Source: an uncultured Candidatus Saccharibacteria bacterium (GTDB lineage: Bacteria; Patescibacteriota; Dojkabacteria; SC72). From it: 64,000 bases of DNA. The stretch is from the NCBI GenBank assembly GCA_964536135.1, contig CAZHVM010000001.1, forward strand, positions 29,268 through 93,267, given 5' to 3'. Every line of letters begins with the position of its first letter. The stretch's first letter is position 1. Position numbers and translations under genes: made by a program. Below, one piece after another: positions 9,798 through 19,489 of the stretch. A model generated the notes under the pieces. That model saw only the letters and a program-made list of their open reading frames with translations. It was not told the DNA's origin and made no database searches.

Positions 9798-11384
9798 TTA
9801 CTTTTTTACTATCTTTTTCTCAAAATTTCTTTTTCTTCTTTCGCTTTGTGTATCTTGTATAGATATGGAGAGTTTGTTTAGGCTATTTTGAACTCTCCTG
9901 AAGCCTGTATCTACTCTGTGTAGATTGAATCCTAGAAGGAGTAGAACTATTCCTGCAACAATCTTCGCAACTGTACTGTCAAAGAGTCCTGTTTGAGGTA
10001 TATCTTGAACACAGTCAACTTTTACTTCTACACTGTCAGAGAAGTTCTCTCCAGTTGTTGGGTATGCTGTCGCTGTATTGATGTATGTCCCAAATGCTGT
10101 TTTAGGAATGACTAGGGTATATGTGTATGTCTTTTCTTGGTCTGAAGTAAATGTCTCTTCTTCGGCTTCCAATTCCCATGTAATATTTCCACTCCCAAAG
10201 AGTCCATCTTCAGAGATTGTTCCAGTTATGTACGAAGCAAGGACTTTGCTATCTAGAGTGTCTACTATCTTATCTATACTTCCAGTACCAGTCCCGGTAT
10301 TTTTTATTTTAATGGTATATATTATCTGGGCATCTCCATTCTCTAGGCATTGTTCTGCTCCTGTTTTAGTTATCGTCCAATCTGGATTTTGTTCTTCCGC
10401 AAGTATACTGAAGGTCGTTGTCAGGGTACAATTTGTACTTGTTGCACCTTTTTTGTCTTTCCAATTTAGATCAAGGGTATATGTTCCAACTGGTAAACAA
10501 TTTGTAGCAGTACTAAGTGATTCTGATAAATCTACTGCTGTAGTAGTTTCATTAGTGAAGGATACTGTTGACCTTGCTGTATTGTTTAATTTTGCCACTA
10601 CAGATGTTTTATCTATACCATCTTTATCTTTAGCTTTCGCAGTATATGTTATTGGGTCACAGTATTTGTAACTACCGGTTGGTTTAGTTAACCATTCCCC
10701 ACTATCACAGGTATTGGAAGAAGTGTCAGGGTTACAGTATCTGTATATCCTTGAGGGATTGTTACAATCCTTATGGTATACGGTACAGTACCCTCCTCGC
10801 GTATATCCACCGGGTAATACACCATTCCAATCTACCGAGGTTCCAGCATCGGAGCCTGAACTACAAGCAGGAGGAGTACAGGTTGTAGGAGGATTCCCAT
10901 TACAAATTGCGCTGTATTGTCCACCGCATTTAGAACATGTACATGTATCACTCATTAATACTTCTGGCCATTCACACGTTTTATCACAAGTCCCTTCTTC
11001 TGGATCTTCAGGGTTATCATCTTTTACACACTTTCCATAGATTCCAGGAAATACACACCTAGCTTTACCATTAACACAATCAACTACTTCTTCCTGTACA
11101 TCAACGTATTTAAAAGATTTTCTACAAGTAAATGTACTCCCTGTACAGTCACTAATTAGCGTATCAGTACAAGAACGTGGCTCACACTTCCACCCAGCAA
11201 CACAACCGTCTTGTTGCGAGCAACATGCTCCAACCCCACCACCAGCTTCACTATCTGTAGGTGCTACAGTATCTGGTTGATTAGTTCTCCATAGTAGATA
11301 TCCTCCACTACCTCCAAGTATTAATACAAAAATAACAATTATTATTATCTTTAATTTCTTTGTTAGTTTTAATCTAATAGCCAT
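9798..11384 (-). CDS. cysteine-rich secreted/cell-surface protein with C-terminal IPQTG sorting-signal-like motif
   Basis: N-terminal signal/anchor helix, about 40 Cys in the first 250 aa, Thr/Ser-rich beta-rich middle. C-terminus has IPQTG followed by a hydrophobic helix and a basic tail (LPXTG-like sortase substrate architecture). Confidence 0.55.
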   Translation of the reverse strand: MAIRLKLTKKLKIIIIVIFVLILGGSGGYLLWRTNQPDTVAPTDSEAGGGVGACCSQQDGCVAGWKCEPRSCTDTLISDCTGSTFTCRKSFKYVDVQEEVVDCVNGKARCVFPGIYGKCVKDDNPEDPEEGTCDKTCEWPEVLMSDTCTCSKCGGQYSAICNGNPPTTCTPPACSSGSDAGTSVDWNGVLPGGYTRGGYCTVYHKDCNNPSRIYRYCNPDTSSNTCDSGEWLTKPTGSYKYCDPITYTAKAKDKDGIDKTSVVAKLNNTARSTVSFTNETTTAVDLSESLSTATNCLPVGTYTLDLNWKDKKGATSTNCTLTTTFSILAEEQNPDWTITKTGAEQCLENGDAQIIYTIKIKNTGTGTGSIDKIVDTLDSKVLASYITGTISEDGLFGSGNITWELEAEEETFTSDQEKTYTYTLVIPKTAFGTYINTATAYPTTGENFSDSVEVKVDCVQDIPQTGLFDSTVAKIVAGIVLLLLGFNLHRVDTGFRRVQNSLNKLSISIQDTQSERRKRNFEKKIVKK

Positions 11385-11385
11385 A

Positions 11386-12528
11386 CTAACTAAACATATT
11401 CTTTATATTATCTATATTAACAATATCCTTAATCATTATAAATAGTACAAGAATCATTAATAAAATAAAACTAGTATTTATTATAAGACTCTCGACCTTT
11501 TCATTAAGATCTTTTCGAAATATACCCTCTATCATTAAAATTAAAACCCTTCCTCCATCTAATGCAGGAATTGGAAGAATATTAATAATTGCAAGTGACA
11601 AAGAAAGATCTGCCATGATACTTAGGAAAGTAATAACTCCGAACTGTTTAAAATAATCTATGAGAAAATATATACCAACAGGTCCCGAAACAGAATTAGA
11701 AAGATCTGAGTAATCTCCTGTCTGTTTGGCTTGCTTAAACATATCTCCCAATCTGTCAGATATCAAAAGCAGTGTGTTTATGACATGTGCAAAACCAGAA
11801 AACACTTTGTTATTCTCGTATGAAAGAATTACATAGTAGTTAGAACTCAGTGAGATACCAATTGTTCCCTCCTCAGTTACATTCACCTTATAATCATTAC
11901 AGGCATCCTCTACACAGATATTCATCTCTACACTTTCACCCTTGTATTGTGCAAGAAGAGATTTAATCTCGTCTGAATATTTAAGCTCTACTCCTCCAAT
12001 ATCCTTTATCTGTCCATTTGCAGGGATTTCTGCCTTGTATGCATTTCCACCTTCTACAACTTCAGCATATTCTACATCCCCCACTATCTCTCTGGTCATT
12101 GTTCCACCAACAGGACTAAATCCTTCAAAATCGTTTGAAAGAGGTATCTTCCATCCCACTGAGGCAATAACAATGAAATATACTGCAACACAAAAAAGTA
12201 TATTCATTGTAACACCTGCGAGCATTACAGCTACCTGTGCTATCTTTGGTTTGTTGTTAAGATTCCCTGGATCATCCTTTATCTCTTTGTGATTTCCAGG
12301 ATCTCCATCACCCATTATCTTTACAAATCCACCAAGAGGAAGAATTCTAATACTGTACTGTGTCCCCTTGTACTTTTTTTTAAAAAGTACTGGGCCAAAA
12401 CCCAAGGCAAACTCATATACCTTTGCTTTAATTGCTTTAGCTACTAAAAAGTGTCCAAGCTCGTGAACAAAGGTCAGGACTCCAATTACAAGGATAAACA
12501 GGAGAATATTTAGAAGTATGGACAGCAT
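11386..12528 (-). CDS. rseP: RIP metalloprotease RseP (site-2 protease, M50)
   Basis: HELGHFLVAK zinc motif near the N-terminus, PDZ-like middle, second S2P motif NILPIPALDGG, multiple TM helices. Confidence 0.85.
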   Translation of the reverse strand: MLSILLNILLFILVIGVLTFVHELGHFLVAKAIKAKVYEFALGFGPVLFKKKYKGTQYSIRILPLGGFVKIMGDGDPGNHKEIKDDPGNLNNKPKIAQVAVMLAGVTMNILFCVAVYFIVIASVGWKIPLSNDFEGFSPVGGTMTREIVGDVEYAEVVEGGNAYKAEIPANGQIKDIGGVELKYSDEIKSLLAQYKGESVEMNICVEDACNDYKVNVTEEGTIGISLSSNYYVILSYENNKVFSGFAHVINTLLLISDRLGDMFKQAKQTGDYSDLSNSVSGPVGIYFLIDYFKQFGVITFLSIMADLSLSLAIINILPIPALDGGRVLILMIEGIFRKDLNEKVESLIINTSFILLMILVLFIMIKDIVNIDNIKNMFS

Positions 12529-12544
12529 ATTTAAAATATACAGA

Positions 12545-13090
12545 TTATATAGTTAGAAGATCTTTTTCTTTTTGGTCCTTCATCTCTTCTATTTTTGTAT
12601 TACTCTCTTTAACAACCTTTTCAATTTCTTCCCTTGCCCTATCTGCTTCGTCTTCGGAAAGTCCAGATACTTGCATATCGTCTAATTCCTTCATATATTT
12701 CTGTCTTACCTGCCTTACAGCTACTCTTCCATCTTCTATCCTTTCTTTCATTACCTTAACATATTCTTTCCTTCTCTCTTCTGTTAAATCTGGGATCTTC
12801 ACTAGGATTCTGTCTCCATCTCTTGCAGGAAGAAAACCCATATTAGCGTTAGTTACAGCTTTTGAGATATTGTCTATAATACTTTTATCCCATGGTTGAA
12901 TGGCAATAGTTTTAGCATCTATTGCGATAATGGTTGCATAGTTTCTAATAGGTGCCATTGTCTCATATGCATTTACAGGTATCTCCTGAACTAGTTCAGG
13001 AGTTGCTCTACCTGTTCTAATCTGAGAAAGTTCATCACCTAAATGATCTAGGCATTTTTGTATATCAACTTTAAAGAGATCTATATCCAT
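12545..13090 (-). CDS. frr: ribosome recycling factor
   Basis: 181 aa; conserved RRF motifs (LSQIRTGRATPELV, IPDLTEERRKE). Confidence 0.9.
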   Translation of the reverse strand: MDIDLFKVDIQKCLDHLGDELSQIRTGRATPELVQEIPVNAYETMAPIRNYATIIAIDAKTIAIQPWDKSIIDNISKAVTNANMGFLPARDGDRILVKIPDLTEERRKEYVKVMKERIEDGRVAVRQVRQKYMKELDDMQVSGLSEDEADRAREEIEKVVKESNTKIEEMKDQKEKDLLTI

Positions 13091-13161
13091 ACGAAATTAT
13101 GTAAATATATTATTTACAAATTGTATATCAACTGAGGGGTATTGTCTAGAAAGGCTTTCGG

Positions 13162-13875
13162 CTATTTTCCGAACTCCCAAAGGAGCATTCTTCTGACTTC
13201 GAGAGGCTCTCCTAATTTCTGAGTCGCCTCATCAAGAAGATTAGAGATTGTCTTAGATTCATCTTTAAACCATTTTTGCTCTAAAAGACACTTCTCAGAG
13301 TAGAATTTGTTTAACTTACCTTCTACTATCTTCTCTCGGATGTTTTCTGGTTTTCCTTCACTCTCCGCTTCCTTCTGAAATATATCTTCAAGTTTTGCTA
13401 ATTCTTCCTCAGAGACACTATCTTTAGAGATATATTCTGGCTTCATAGCTGCAATCTGTAGGGCTAACTCATGTGCAAATATCTTGAAATCTTCATTTCT
13501 AGCTACAAAATCTGTTTTGCATTTTACTTCTACTAAGGCTACCAGTCTCTGCTCTTTACCGTGTACATATGATTCGATTATTCCCTCTCCTATTTCTTCT
13601 ACTTCATCTCCAATTGGTTCATTCCACCCTCGCTCATTAATTAAAACTACTGCTTTTTCAAAATCTTTCCCTGCCTCATCGTATGCTAATTTACAAAGGC
13701 CAATCTTTGCACCAGTTAAATTTCTCAATCTGCTAATTACATCGCTTCTTTCATTGATATATTCAATGGCTTTTGCCATATCTCCTTCGCTTTTGGTCAA
13801 TGCTTCCTTACAAAGCCCCATACCTGCAGATGTTTTGTTTCTTAAAGTTCTGATATCGTCTACTGAGATATTCAT
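13162..13875 (-). CDS. tsf: elongation factor Ts
   Basis: EF-Ts N-terminal UBA-like motif (LRNKTSAGMGLCKEAL) appears twice in tandem (second copy LRNLTGAKIGLCKLAY), followed by a single EF-Ts core. rpsB-tsf-frr synteny. Confidence 0.85.
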   Translation of the reverse strand: MNISVDDIRTLRNKTSAGMGLCKEALTKSEGDMAKAIEYINERSDVISRLRNLTGAKIGLCKLAYDEAGKDFEKAVVLINERGWNEPIGDEVEEIGEGIIESYVHGKEQRLVALVEVKCKTDFVARNEDFKIFAHELALQIAAMKPEYISKDSVSEEELAKLEDIFQKEAESEGKPENIREKIVEGKLNKFYSEKCLLEQKWFKDESKTISNLLDEATQKLGEPLEVRRMLLWEFGK

Positions 13876-13894
13876 AGCAGTAAATATTTTTAAA

Positions 13895-15028
13895 TTATCT
13901 TAAAGATTTTAAAATCTCTTGTGCAGCTTTCTCTCCAATACCCTTAATTTCCTGTAAACTCTTTTCATTTTTCCCAGAAAGATCGCTTATTGTATTAATT
14001 CCTTCCTCTTTTAATGCTTTAAGAATTCTTGTCGAAAGACCTAAATCTTCAATCTGTTTTGAATCCGCTTCTTTCTTAGCTTCTTCTGCCGCTACTATGT
14101 CTGCAGTTATATCCTTTTTAACAACTCTTACAACTGTTCCTTTTGATTCTGCAATTTTTCCTTCTCTAAGTGCCTTCATTCTCTCCCTCTCCTCGTTTGC
14201 CATTTTCTCTTCTCTTTCTTTTTTCTCCAAGAAGTTTCTGCTCATTCTATCTAATACTGCCTCATGATCTCTTCTTAGAGCAACTAAGGAATTACCATAT
14301 TTGGAATTCCCGATTACCTCTCCAAGGACATTCATAATTAGAGTTATACTCTTTAGAGAGTCATCGTTTGCAGGTATTGAGTGTGTAATTAAGTCTGGGT
14401 TACTGTTTGTATCTACCATTGAAATGATTGGGATACCTACTTTGTTAGCTTCTCTTACTGCAATTTTTTCTACTTTACTGTCTATTACAATGATAGCTAC
14501 AGGAAGTTTGTCCATGAATTTAATCCCTTTGTAAATCATGTTGAGTTTTGCAATTTCTTTTTCCATTAAAAGAACTTCTTTTTTAACAAGATCTTTACCA
14601 CCCTGCGCAATCTCCTCTTCCATCTTTACAAGATTTTGGATACTTCTTCTTATGGTTTCAAAGTTTGTAAAAAGACCACCTGGCCATCTTCTATTTACGT
14701 AGAAAGCACCCTTCTCTAGTGCAATGTTTTGAACTATTGAAGCTGCTTGTCCTTTTGTACCAACGATTAAGATATTCCCTGTATTAGAGAGTTTTTCTAA
14801 TTCTTCTACTGCTTTTTTAAGCAATTCTTGTGTTTTAACAAGGTCTATGATGTGAATCCCGTTTCTTTCCTCGTAAATATATTGTTTCATTCTTGGATTC
14901 CACGCACTTTTCTTGTGACCAAAATGGCATCCTGATTGAAGCAATTCTATTAACTCTGGGAATTTAACTGTAGAGACTTTGTTTTGAGTCTTTGTCTCTT
15001 CTACGACTTTTTTTGCTGTTTTTTCCAT
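13895..15028 (-). CDS. rpsB: 30S ribosomal protein uS2 with C-terminal extension
   Basis: uS2 signature LLQSGCHFGHKKSAWNPRM and the core to about residue 250. About 120-aa extra Lys/Glu-rich C-terminal tail ending in a helix-hairpin-helix-like LQEIKGIGEKAAQEIL motif. Confidence 0.9.
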   Translation of the reverse strand: MEKTAKKVVEETKTQNKVSTVKFPELIELLQSGCHFGHKKSAWNPRMKQYIYEERNGIHIIDLVKTQELLKKAVEELEKLSNTGNILIVGTKGQAASIVQNIALEKGAFYVNRRWPGGLFTNFETIRRSIQNLVKMEEEIAQGGKDLVKKEVLLMEKEIAKLNMIYKGIKFMDKLPVAIIVIDSKVEKIAVREANKVGIPIISMVDTNSNPDLITHSIPANDDSLKSITLIMNVLGEVIGNSKYGNSLVALRRDHEAVLDRMSRNFLEKKEREEKMANEERERMKALREGKIAESKGTVVRVVKKDITADIVAAEEAKKEADSKQIEDLGLSTRILKALKEEGINTISDLSGKNEKSLQEIKGIGEKAAQEILKSLR

Positions 15029-15118
15029 ATTTTTCCTTTTATTAATATCTCTGGTGGGTGATATCTATATCATCCAGGAATTGTTCAGAGATATATGAGA
15101 TATATATTAAACGTTAGG

Positions 15119-15147
15119 ATTATACAAAGAGAATGAGGAGAATGCAA
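15119..15147 (-). promoter_or_regulatory. sigma70-type promoter for rpsB (TTGCAT-17 nt-TATAAT)
   Basis: On the minus strand ttgcat tctcctcattctctttg tataat, about 90 nt upstream of the rpsB start; perfect -10 and 5/6 -35 with 17-nt spacer. Confidence 0.6.
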
Positions 15148-15413
15148 GGTTTTACTTGCACTTTATATTGAGAAAAAGCTTGTAAGCGACAGTATCGCCA
15201 CCCCCAATTAAGTGAGATGGCGACTTGTCAAAGGGATACCCTTCCTAAGAAGATGGACTTGCACCATGTAGCATACTGCCCTAGAACTATCGTATGGAGA
15301 GCTTCTACCAACTCTCAACCTTCTTAGATATTGAAGCAAGGAACAGTCTTATGACAAAAGTCTAAAAAGACTGTTCCTTGTGAGGGGGATGCATCCCTCT
15401 ATAATTGTGAATG

Positions 15414-15623
15414 TTACTGCTGGGTCGTGTGAGTATTATCAACTGTCCACCCACCAGAGGGAGAAGGATTTAAATCAGAAGATGTTCTTTCTGAGTTTCC
15501 ATTTCCATCATTACTCCAATGAGTGACATGGGCAGAAGTACCGCCACATCGATCATCACCAACGACCTCTTGCCGACTCCAGTTGGAGCCTGATTTCTCT
15601 TCACCAGTTGCACGGCCAGGCAT
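15414..15623 (-). CDS. small Gly/Ser/Asn/Thr/Trp-rich hypothetical protein (69 aa) inside a GC-rich island; coding status uncertain
   Basis: ATG preceded by AAAGGAGG 5 nt upstream (the strongest SD seen in the window). Codon GC far above genome norm; the region is full of hairpins, so a structured RNA is an alternative. Confidence 0.3.
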   Translation of the reverse strand: MPGRATGEEKSGSNWSRQEVVGDDRCGGTSAHVTHWSNDGNGNSERTSSDLNPSPSGGWTVDNTHTTQQ

Positions 15624-15731
15624 AACAATCCTCCTTTAAAAGAACCCAACATGCTCGTCATGTTGTTTATAATGACTATTTTACTCCAGAAAGAGAGAAA
15701 TGTTAAGTATTATCAAGCCAGAATAGCCAAT

Positions 15732-16364
15732 CTAAGTAATGCTTTTCCACGCCTCTCCCCCAATAACAATATGATCTAGTAGTTTAATACCAACAAGATC
15801 TAATGCTTCCGAGAGCCTTTTTGTGAAGAGTATATCTTCTTCACTTGGACTAGGATCTCCAGATGGATGGTTATGTGCTATTACTACCAAAGCTGCATTT
15901 AATTCTAGTGCTGGCGTTATGATATCCCTTGGTAACACACTAACGATATCCAACGACCCCATACCCACTACCCTCTTATCTAGTACCTCAAACCTAGAAT
16001 TAAGAAAAAGCCCAACTACATACTCCTGCTTTTTACTACCAATATCTCTTAACAAACCATACGCATCTTCAGAATCCTTCACAAAACTCCTCTCACTCCT
16101 ACACAATCCATATACTCTTCTTCCCAACTCCATGCCTGCAAGAATACGCATTGCCGTTACAATTCCAACCCCCTCTACTCCATCGATATCTTCAATACAT
16201 ATCTCCTTACCATTACTCACAACCTTACGTATTCTCTTTACAATACTCCTTGAGATTGAAAGGAAATCTTTCCCTTTTACACCAGAACCAACCAATATTG
16301 CTACCAATTCTGTATCACTAAGACTATCTATCCCTCTCTCAAGGTATTTCTCTCTCGGAAGCAT
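15732..16364 (-). CDS. radC: RadC-like JAB/MPN domain protein
   Basis: JAMM motif HNHPSGDPSPSEED and N-terminal helix-hairpin-helix region; 210 aa. Confidence 0.85.
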   Translation of the reverse strand: MLPREKYLERGIDSLSDTELVAILVGSGVKGKDFLSISRSIVKRIRKVVSNGKEICIEDIDGVEGVGIVTAMRILAGMELGRRVYGLCRSERSFVKDSEDAYGLLRDIGSKKQEYVVGLFLNSRFEVLDKRVVGMGSLDIVSVLPRDIITPALELNAALVVIAHNHPSGDPSPSEEDILFTKRLSEALDLVGIKLLDHIVIGGEAWKSIT

Positions 16365-16409
16365 GTATATATCATAGAAGACATATATGAAATTACTCTG
16401 AATTCTTCT

Positions 16410-17255
16410 TTAAATTCTTGTCCTGTTTACTTTTTCTCTTTTAGAATGTTGTTCTGTATGTTTTTGGTAATACCCTCGAACTTTTTTCTTGTAATTATCT
16501 CCATTCATTTTGAAATATTGAAAAATTTCTAAGTAATACCTTCGAGGTATATCGGATGGCGTATTATAGCCCTTTTCAAGAAGATATTTCTTAATATATT
16601 TCATCTGTTTTTCTGTAAATATCTTCTTTAAAGTATCAATAACGAATCTATTTGTCTGGTTAAATATGTACGAAACAAAATCCCTGTACAGTTCAAATTC
16701 AACCTCAGGATTTTCCCTCTTTACAATCTTAAGTAAAACAATATCTACGCTTGGGACTGGACTGAAATCATATCTATCAAGTTCTTCTACGATTGAGAAT
16801 GTGTATCTTGAGCTTAGAATAGTGGCAATCTGGGTATTAAATGGTTCTCCTAGAAATCTATCTGCCGCTTCTTCTTGTACGAAAAGAAATGCTTCTATCA
16901 AGCTAGAGTCTATGGCCGTTATCTTATTTATAATCTCGGATGTTAACGCAAATGGTATATTACTAAATATTTTGAAATCTTTCGTAGGTAAGTTTGTAAG
17001 AAGAAAATCATCATTTATGAGTTTAATCGGAAGAGAAGAAAGATTCTTGGTTAGCTCTCTAAAATACTTTGTATCTAATTCAAAAGCCGTTACATTATCT
17101 GAATATTTGGATAGTTCTTGTGCTATTACCCCTTTTCCTGCACCAATATCTAATACTATGTCATCTGAGGAGAAAGAGGCATTTTTAACCATCTCCTTGA
17201 GATGATTAGCATTTTTATAGAAATTTTGTGAATAACAGATATCTACCATCAACAA
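16410..17255 (-). CDS. rRNA adenine N6-(di)methyltransferase, KsgA/Erm family
   Basis: YSQNF start, SAM-binding VLDIGAGKG, catalytic KIFSNIPF (NIPY-type) motif. Overall layout is closer to Erm (HSQNF...IFGNIPYNISTDI) than to KsgA but cannot be resolved without a search. Confidence 0.7.
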   Translation of the reverse strand: MLMVDICYSQNFYKNANHLKEMVKNASFSSDDIVLDIGAGKGVIAQELSKYSDNVTAFELDTKYFRELTKNLSSLPIKLINDDFLLTNLPTKDFKIFSNIPFALTSEIINKITAIDSSLIEAFLFVQEEAADRFLGEPFNTQIATILSSRYTFSIVEELDRYDFSPVPSVDIVLLKIVKRENPEVEFELYRDFVSYIFNQTNRFVIDTLKKIFTEKQMKYIKKYLLEKGYNTPSDIPRRYYLEIFQYFKMNGDNYKKKVRGYYQKHTEQHSKREKVNRTRI

Positions 17256-17256
17256 A

Positions 17257-19401
17257 TTATACCACCTTCTTTTTCTTCTTAGCCTTGAAACTCTTCTTAA
17301 TATATTTACACTTTGGGTATGTACTACAACCTATGAATGTTTTACCCCATTTACTCCTTCGTTCTACCAAATTACCACCACACTCTGGACATTTCTCCTT
17401 GAGAAGTAATGGCATCGTCCCTTTACACTCTGGATATTTCTCACAAGCCCAGAATTTACCATATTTGCTATTTTTGAGTAGTAATTTACTACCACACTTT
17501 GGACATTTATCTGGCTTGGCATACTTATTGAAATCTAAACTCTCCTCTCCACCAGAAAGATCTTTCATTCCCTTACATTCAGGGAATTTGGAACATGTTA
17601 AAAACTTACCATATCTTCCGAGTCTCACTAGCATTTCAGAGCCACAGATTGGACACTTCTCTTTGGATTTAGAAAGTATGACAATATCTTCCTTATTTAC
17701 ATCCTTAAGAGCTTTTTCTATCTCTGCAACAAGTGGCTTGTACTGCGCATCTATTACTGGAATATATTCACTCTTACCATTGGCTATATCGTCTAATTCA
17801 TCTTCTACCTTAGCAGTATATTTGTAATCTACTAATCTTTTGAAATTATTTCTTAAAAGATTTGTAACAACCCTTCCAACATCTGTTGGTAAAAGTGCCT
17901 TATCTTCCTTTGTAACATATCCTCTACTTTGTATTGTAGAGATAATGGTTGCATATGTAGAAGGTCTACCAATACCCAATTCTTCAAGCTTTTTAACAAG
18001 TGCAGCCTCTGTATATCTAGCTGGAGGTTGTGTAAATTTCTGTTCTTTTACAAATTTATCCCACTTAAGAATATCTCCTTTTGCTATCTTTGAAACTTCC
18101 TGCAGATCACTATCTCCCTTTCCACCACCAAGTGCTCTTCTGAAACCGTCAAAGAGTGTTTTCTCTCCACCAAGGGTAAATGTATACAGAGGTTTCTTTT
18201 TATCTTTGCTTTCTATATGTATTGTCAATGTCTCTGCTTCTTTCTCTTTCATCTGAGAAGATATTGCTCGTCTCCATACTAGATCGTAGAGTTTGGCTTC
18301 TGCAGGACCGAATTTAGATTCAATTTCTGCTTTTTCAAGGTTTAGATCTGTTGGTCTTATAGCTTCGTGTGCTTCTTGTGCATTTTTACTTCTAGTTTTG
18401 TAGTAATTTGGTTTCTCTGGAAGATATTCCACACCATATTTGTTCTTTACTAATTCTCTTATTCCATCTATTGCTTTTGAACTTAAATTGACAGAATCTG
18501 TTCTCATGTATGTAATTACACCTGCTTGATACAATACCTGAGCTATACCCATTGTTCTTTTGGATGAATATCCCAAGACATTGTTTGCAGACTGTTGTAG
18601 TGTAGAGGTTGTAAATGGTGGATATGCATGTCTTTTAATATTCTTTTTAAGAACATCTACAACTTCGTAACTTCCCTTTCCAAGGAATTCCTCAATATCT
18701 TTTACCTCTTCTGCTTTAGCAGGAATATATTTTTTACCATCTTTCTTTACTAATTTTGCTCTCAGAGTATCCCCGCTTGGACTTGTTGTATCTACAAAAA
18801 ACTCCCAGTATTCCTCAGAGTCAAACGCATCTCTTTCCTCTTCTCTTTCTACAACTAACCTCAAAGCTACAGATTGGACTCTACCGGCAGAAAGACCGTA
18901 CCAAATTTTCTTCCAAACTAACTCTGAAAGTTTGTAACCAACTAATCTGTCTAGAACTCTTCTAGCCTTTTGTGCTTCTACAAGGTTAATATTTATATCT
19001 GAAGGCTTACTTACTGCCTCTAAAATGGCATCTTTGGTTATCTCATGGAATGTGACTCTTTTGGTATTTTTAGCTTTCAGAACTGAATCTACATGCCAAG
19101 CTATTGCCTCTCCTTCACGGTCAGGGTCCATTGCAAGATATACATGGCCCTCTTTTGGAACAGCTCGTTTTAAATCTTGTATTATCTTACCTTTACCATA
19201 TATCGTCTCGAAGAGGGGTTTGTATCCATCTTCTACATCTACTGCCAACTTACTCTTTGGAAGATCAATTATATGGCCTATTGTAGCCATAACTTTAAAA
19301 TCGTCTCCAAGATATTTATTTATGGTCTTCGCTTTTGCAGGAGACTCTACTATTAGAAGGTTTTTATATTTTTTAGTTGATTTTGTCATTTTTATTCGCA
19401 T
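17257..19401 (-). CDS. topA: DNA topoisomerase I
   Basis: Toprim N-terminus (LLIVESPAKAKTI), type IA core, three C-terminal C4 zinc ribbons (CPxCG...C..C repeats). Confidence 0.9.
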   Translation of the reverse strand: MRIKMTKSTKKYKNLLIVESPAKAKTINKYLGDDFKVMATIGHIIDLPKSKLAVDVEDGYKPLFETIYGKGKIIQDLKRAVPKEGHVYLAMDPDREGEAIAWHVDSVLKAKNTKRVTFHEITKDAILEAVSKPSDININLVEAQKARRVLDRLVGYKLSELVWKKIWYGLSAGRVQSVALRLVVEREEERDAFDSEEYWEFFVDTTSPSGDTLRAKLVKKDGKKYIPAKAEEVKDIEEFLGKGSYEVVDVLKKNIKRHAYPPFTTSTLQQSANNVLGYSSKRTMGIAQVLYQAGVITYMRTDSVNLSSKAIDGIRELVKNKYGVEYLPEKPNYYKTRSKNAQEAHEAIRPTDLNLEKAEIESKFGPAEAKLYDLVWRRAISSQMKEKEAETLTIHIESKDKKKPLYTFTLGGEKTLFDGFRRALGGGKGDSDLQEVSKIAKGDILKWDKFVKEQKFTQPPARYTEAALVKKLEELGIGRPSTYATIISTIQSRGYVTKEDKALLPTDVGRVVTNLLRNNFKRLVDYKYTAKVEDELDDIANGKSEYIPVIDAQYKPLVAEIEKALKDVNKEDIVILSKSKEKCPICGSEMLVRLGRYGKFLTCSKFPECKGMKDLSGGEESLDFNKYAKPDKCPKCGSKLLLKNSKYGKFWACEKYPECKGTMPLLLKEKCPECGGNLVERRSKWGKTFIGCSTYPKCKYIKKSFKAKKKKKVV

Positions 19402-19489
19402 CCTAAAAATACAGTATATATTCTACCATTGTCAAACATGTTTATATTTATTACACACCCAAGGAGCATATCTCTACCATGTACAAAGA

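Noticed and set aside
15170-15640. RNase P RNA, tmRNA or SRP RNA as the identity of the GC-rich island
   Set aside because: I could not find the conserved P4 strands (GGAAAGUCCGGGCUCC / ACAGAANCCGGCUUA), a tRNA-like TTCGANTCC 3' end, or the SRP GGAAGCAGCCA motif on either strand. A weak GAAAUCAGGCUCCA resemblance on the minus strand has no complementary 3' partner. Identity left open.
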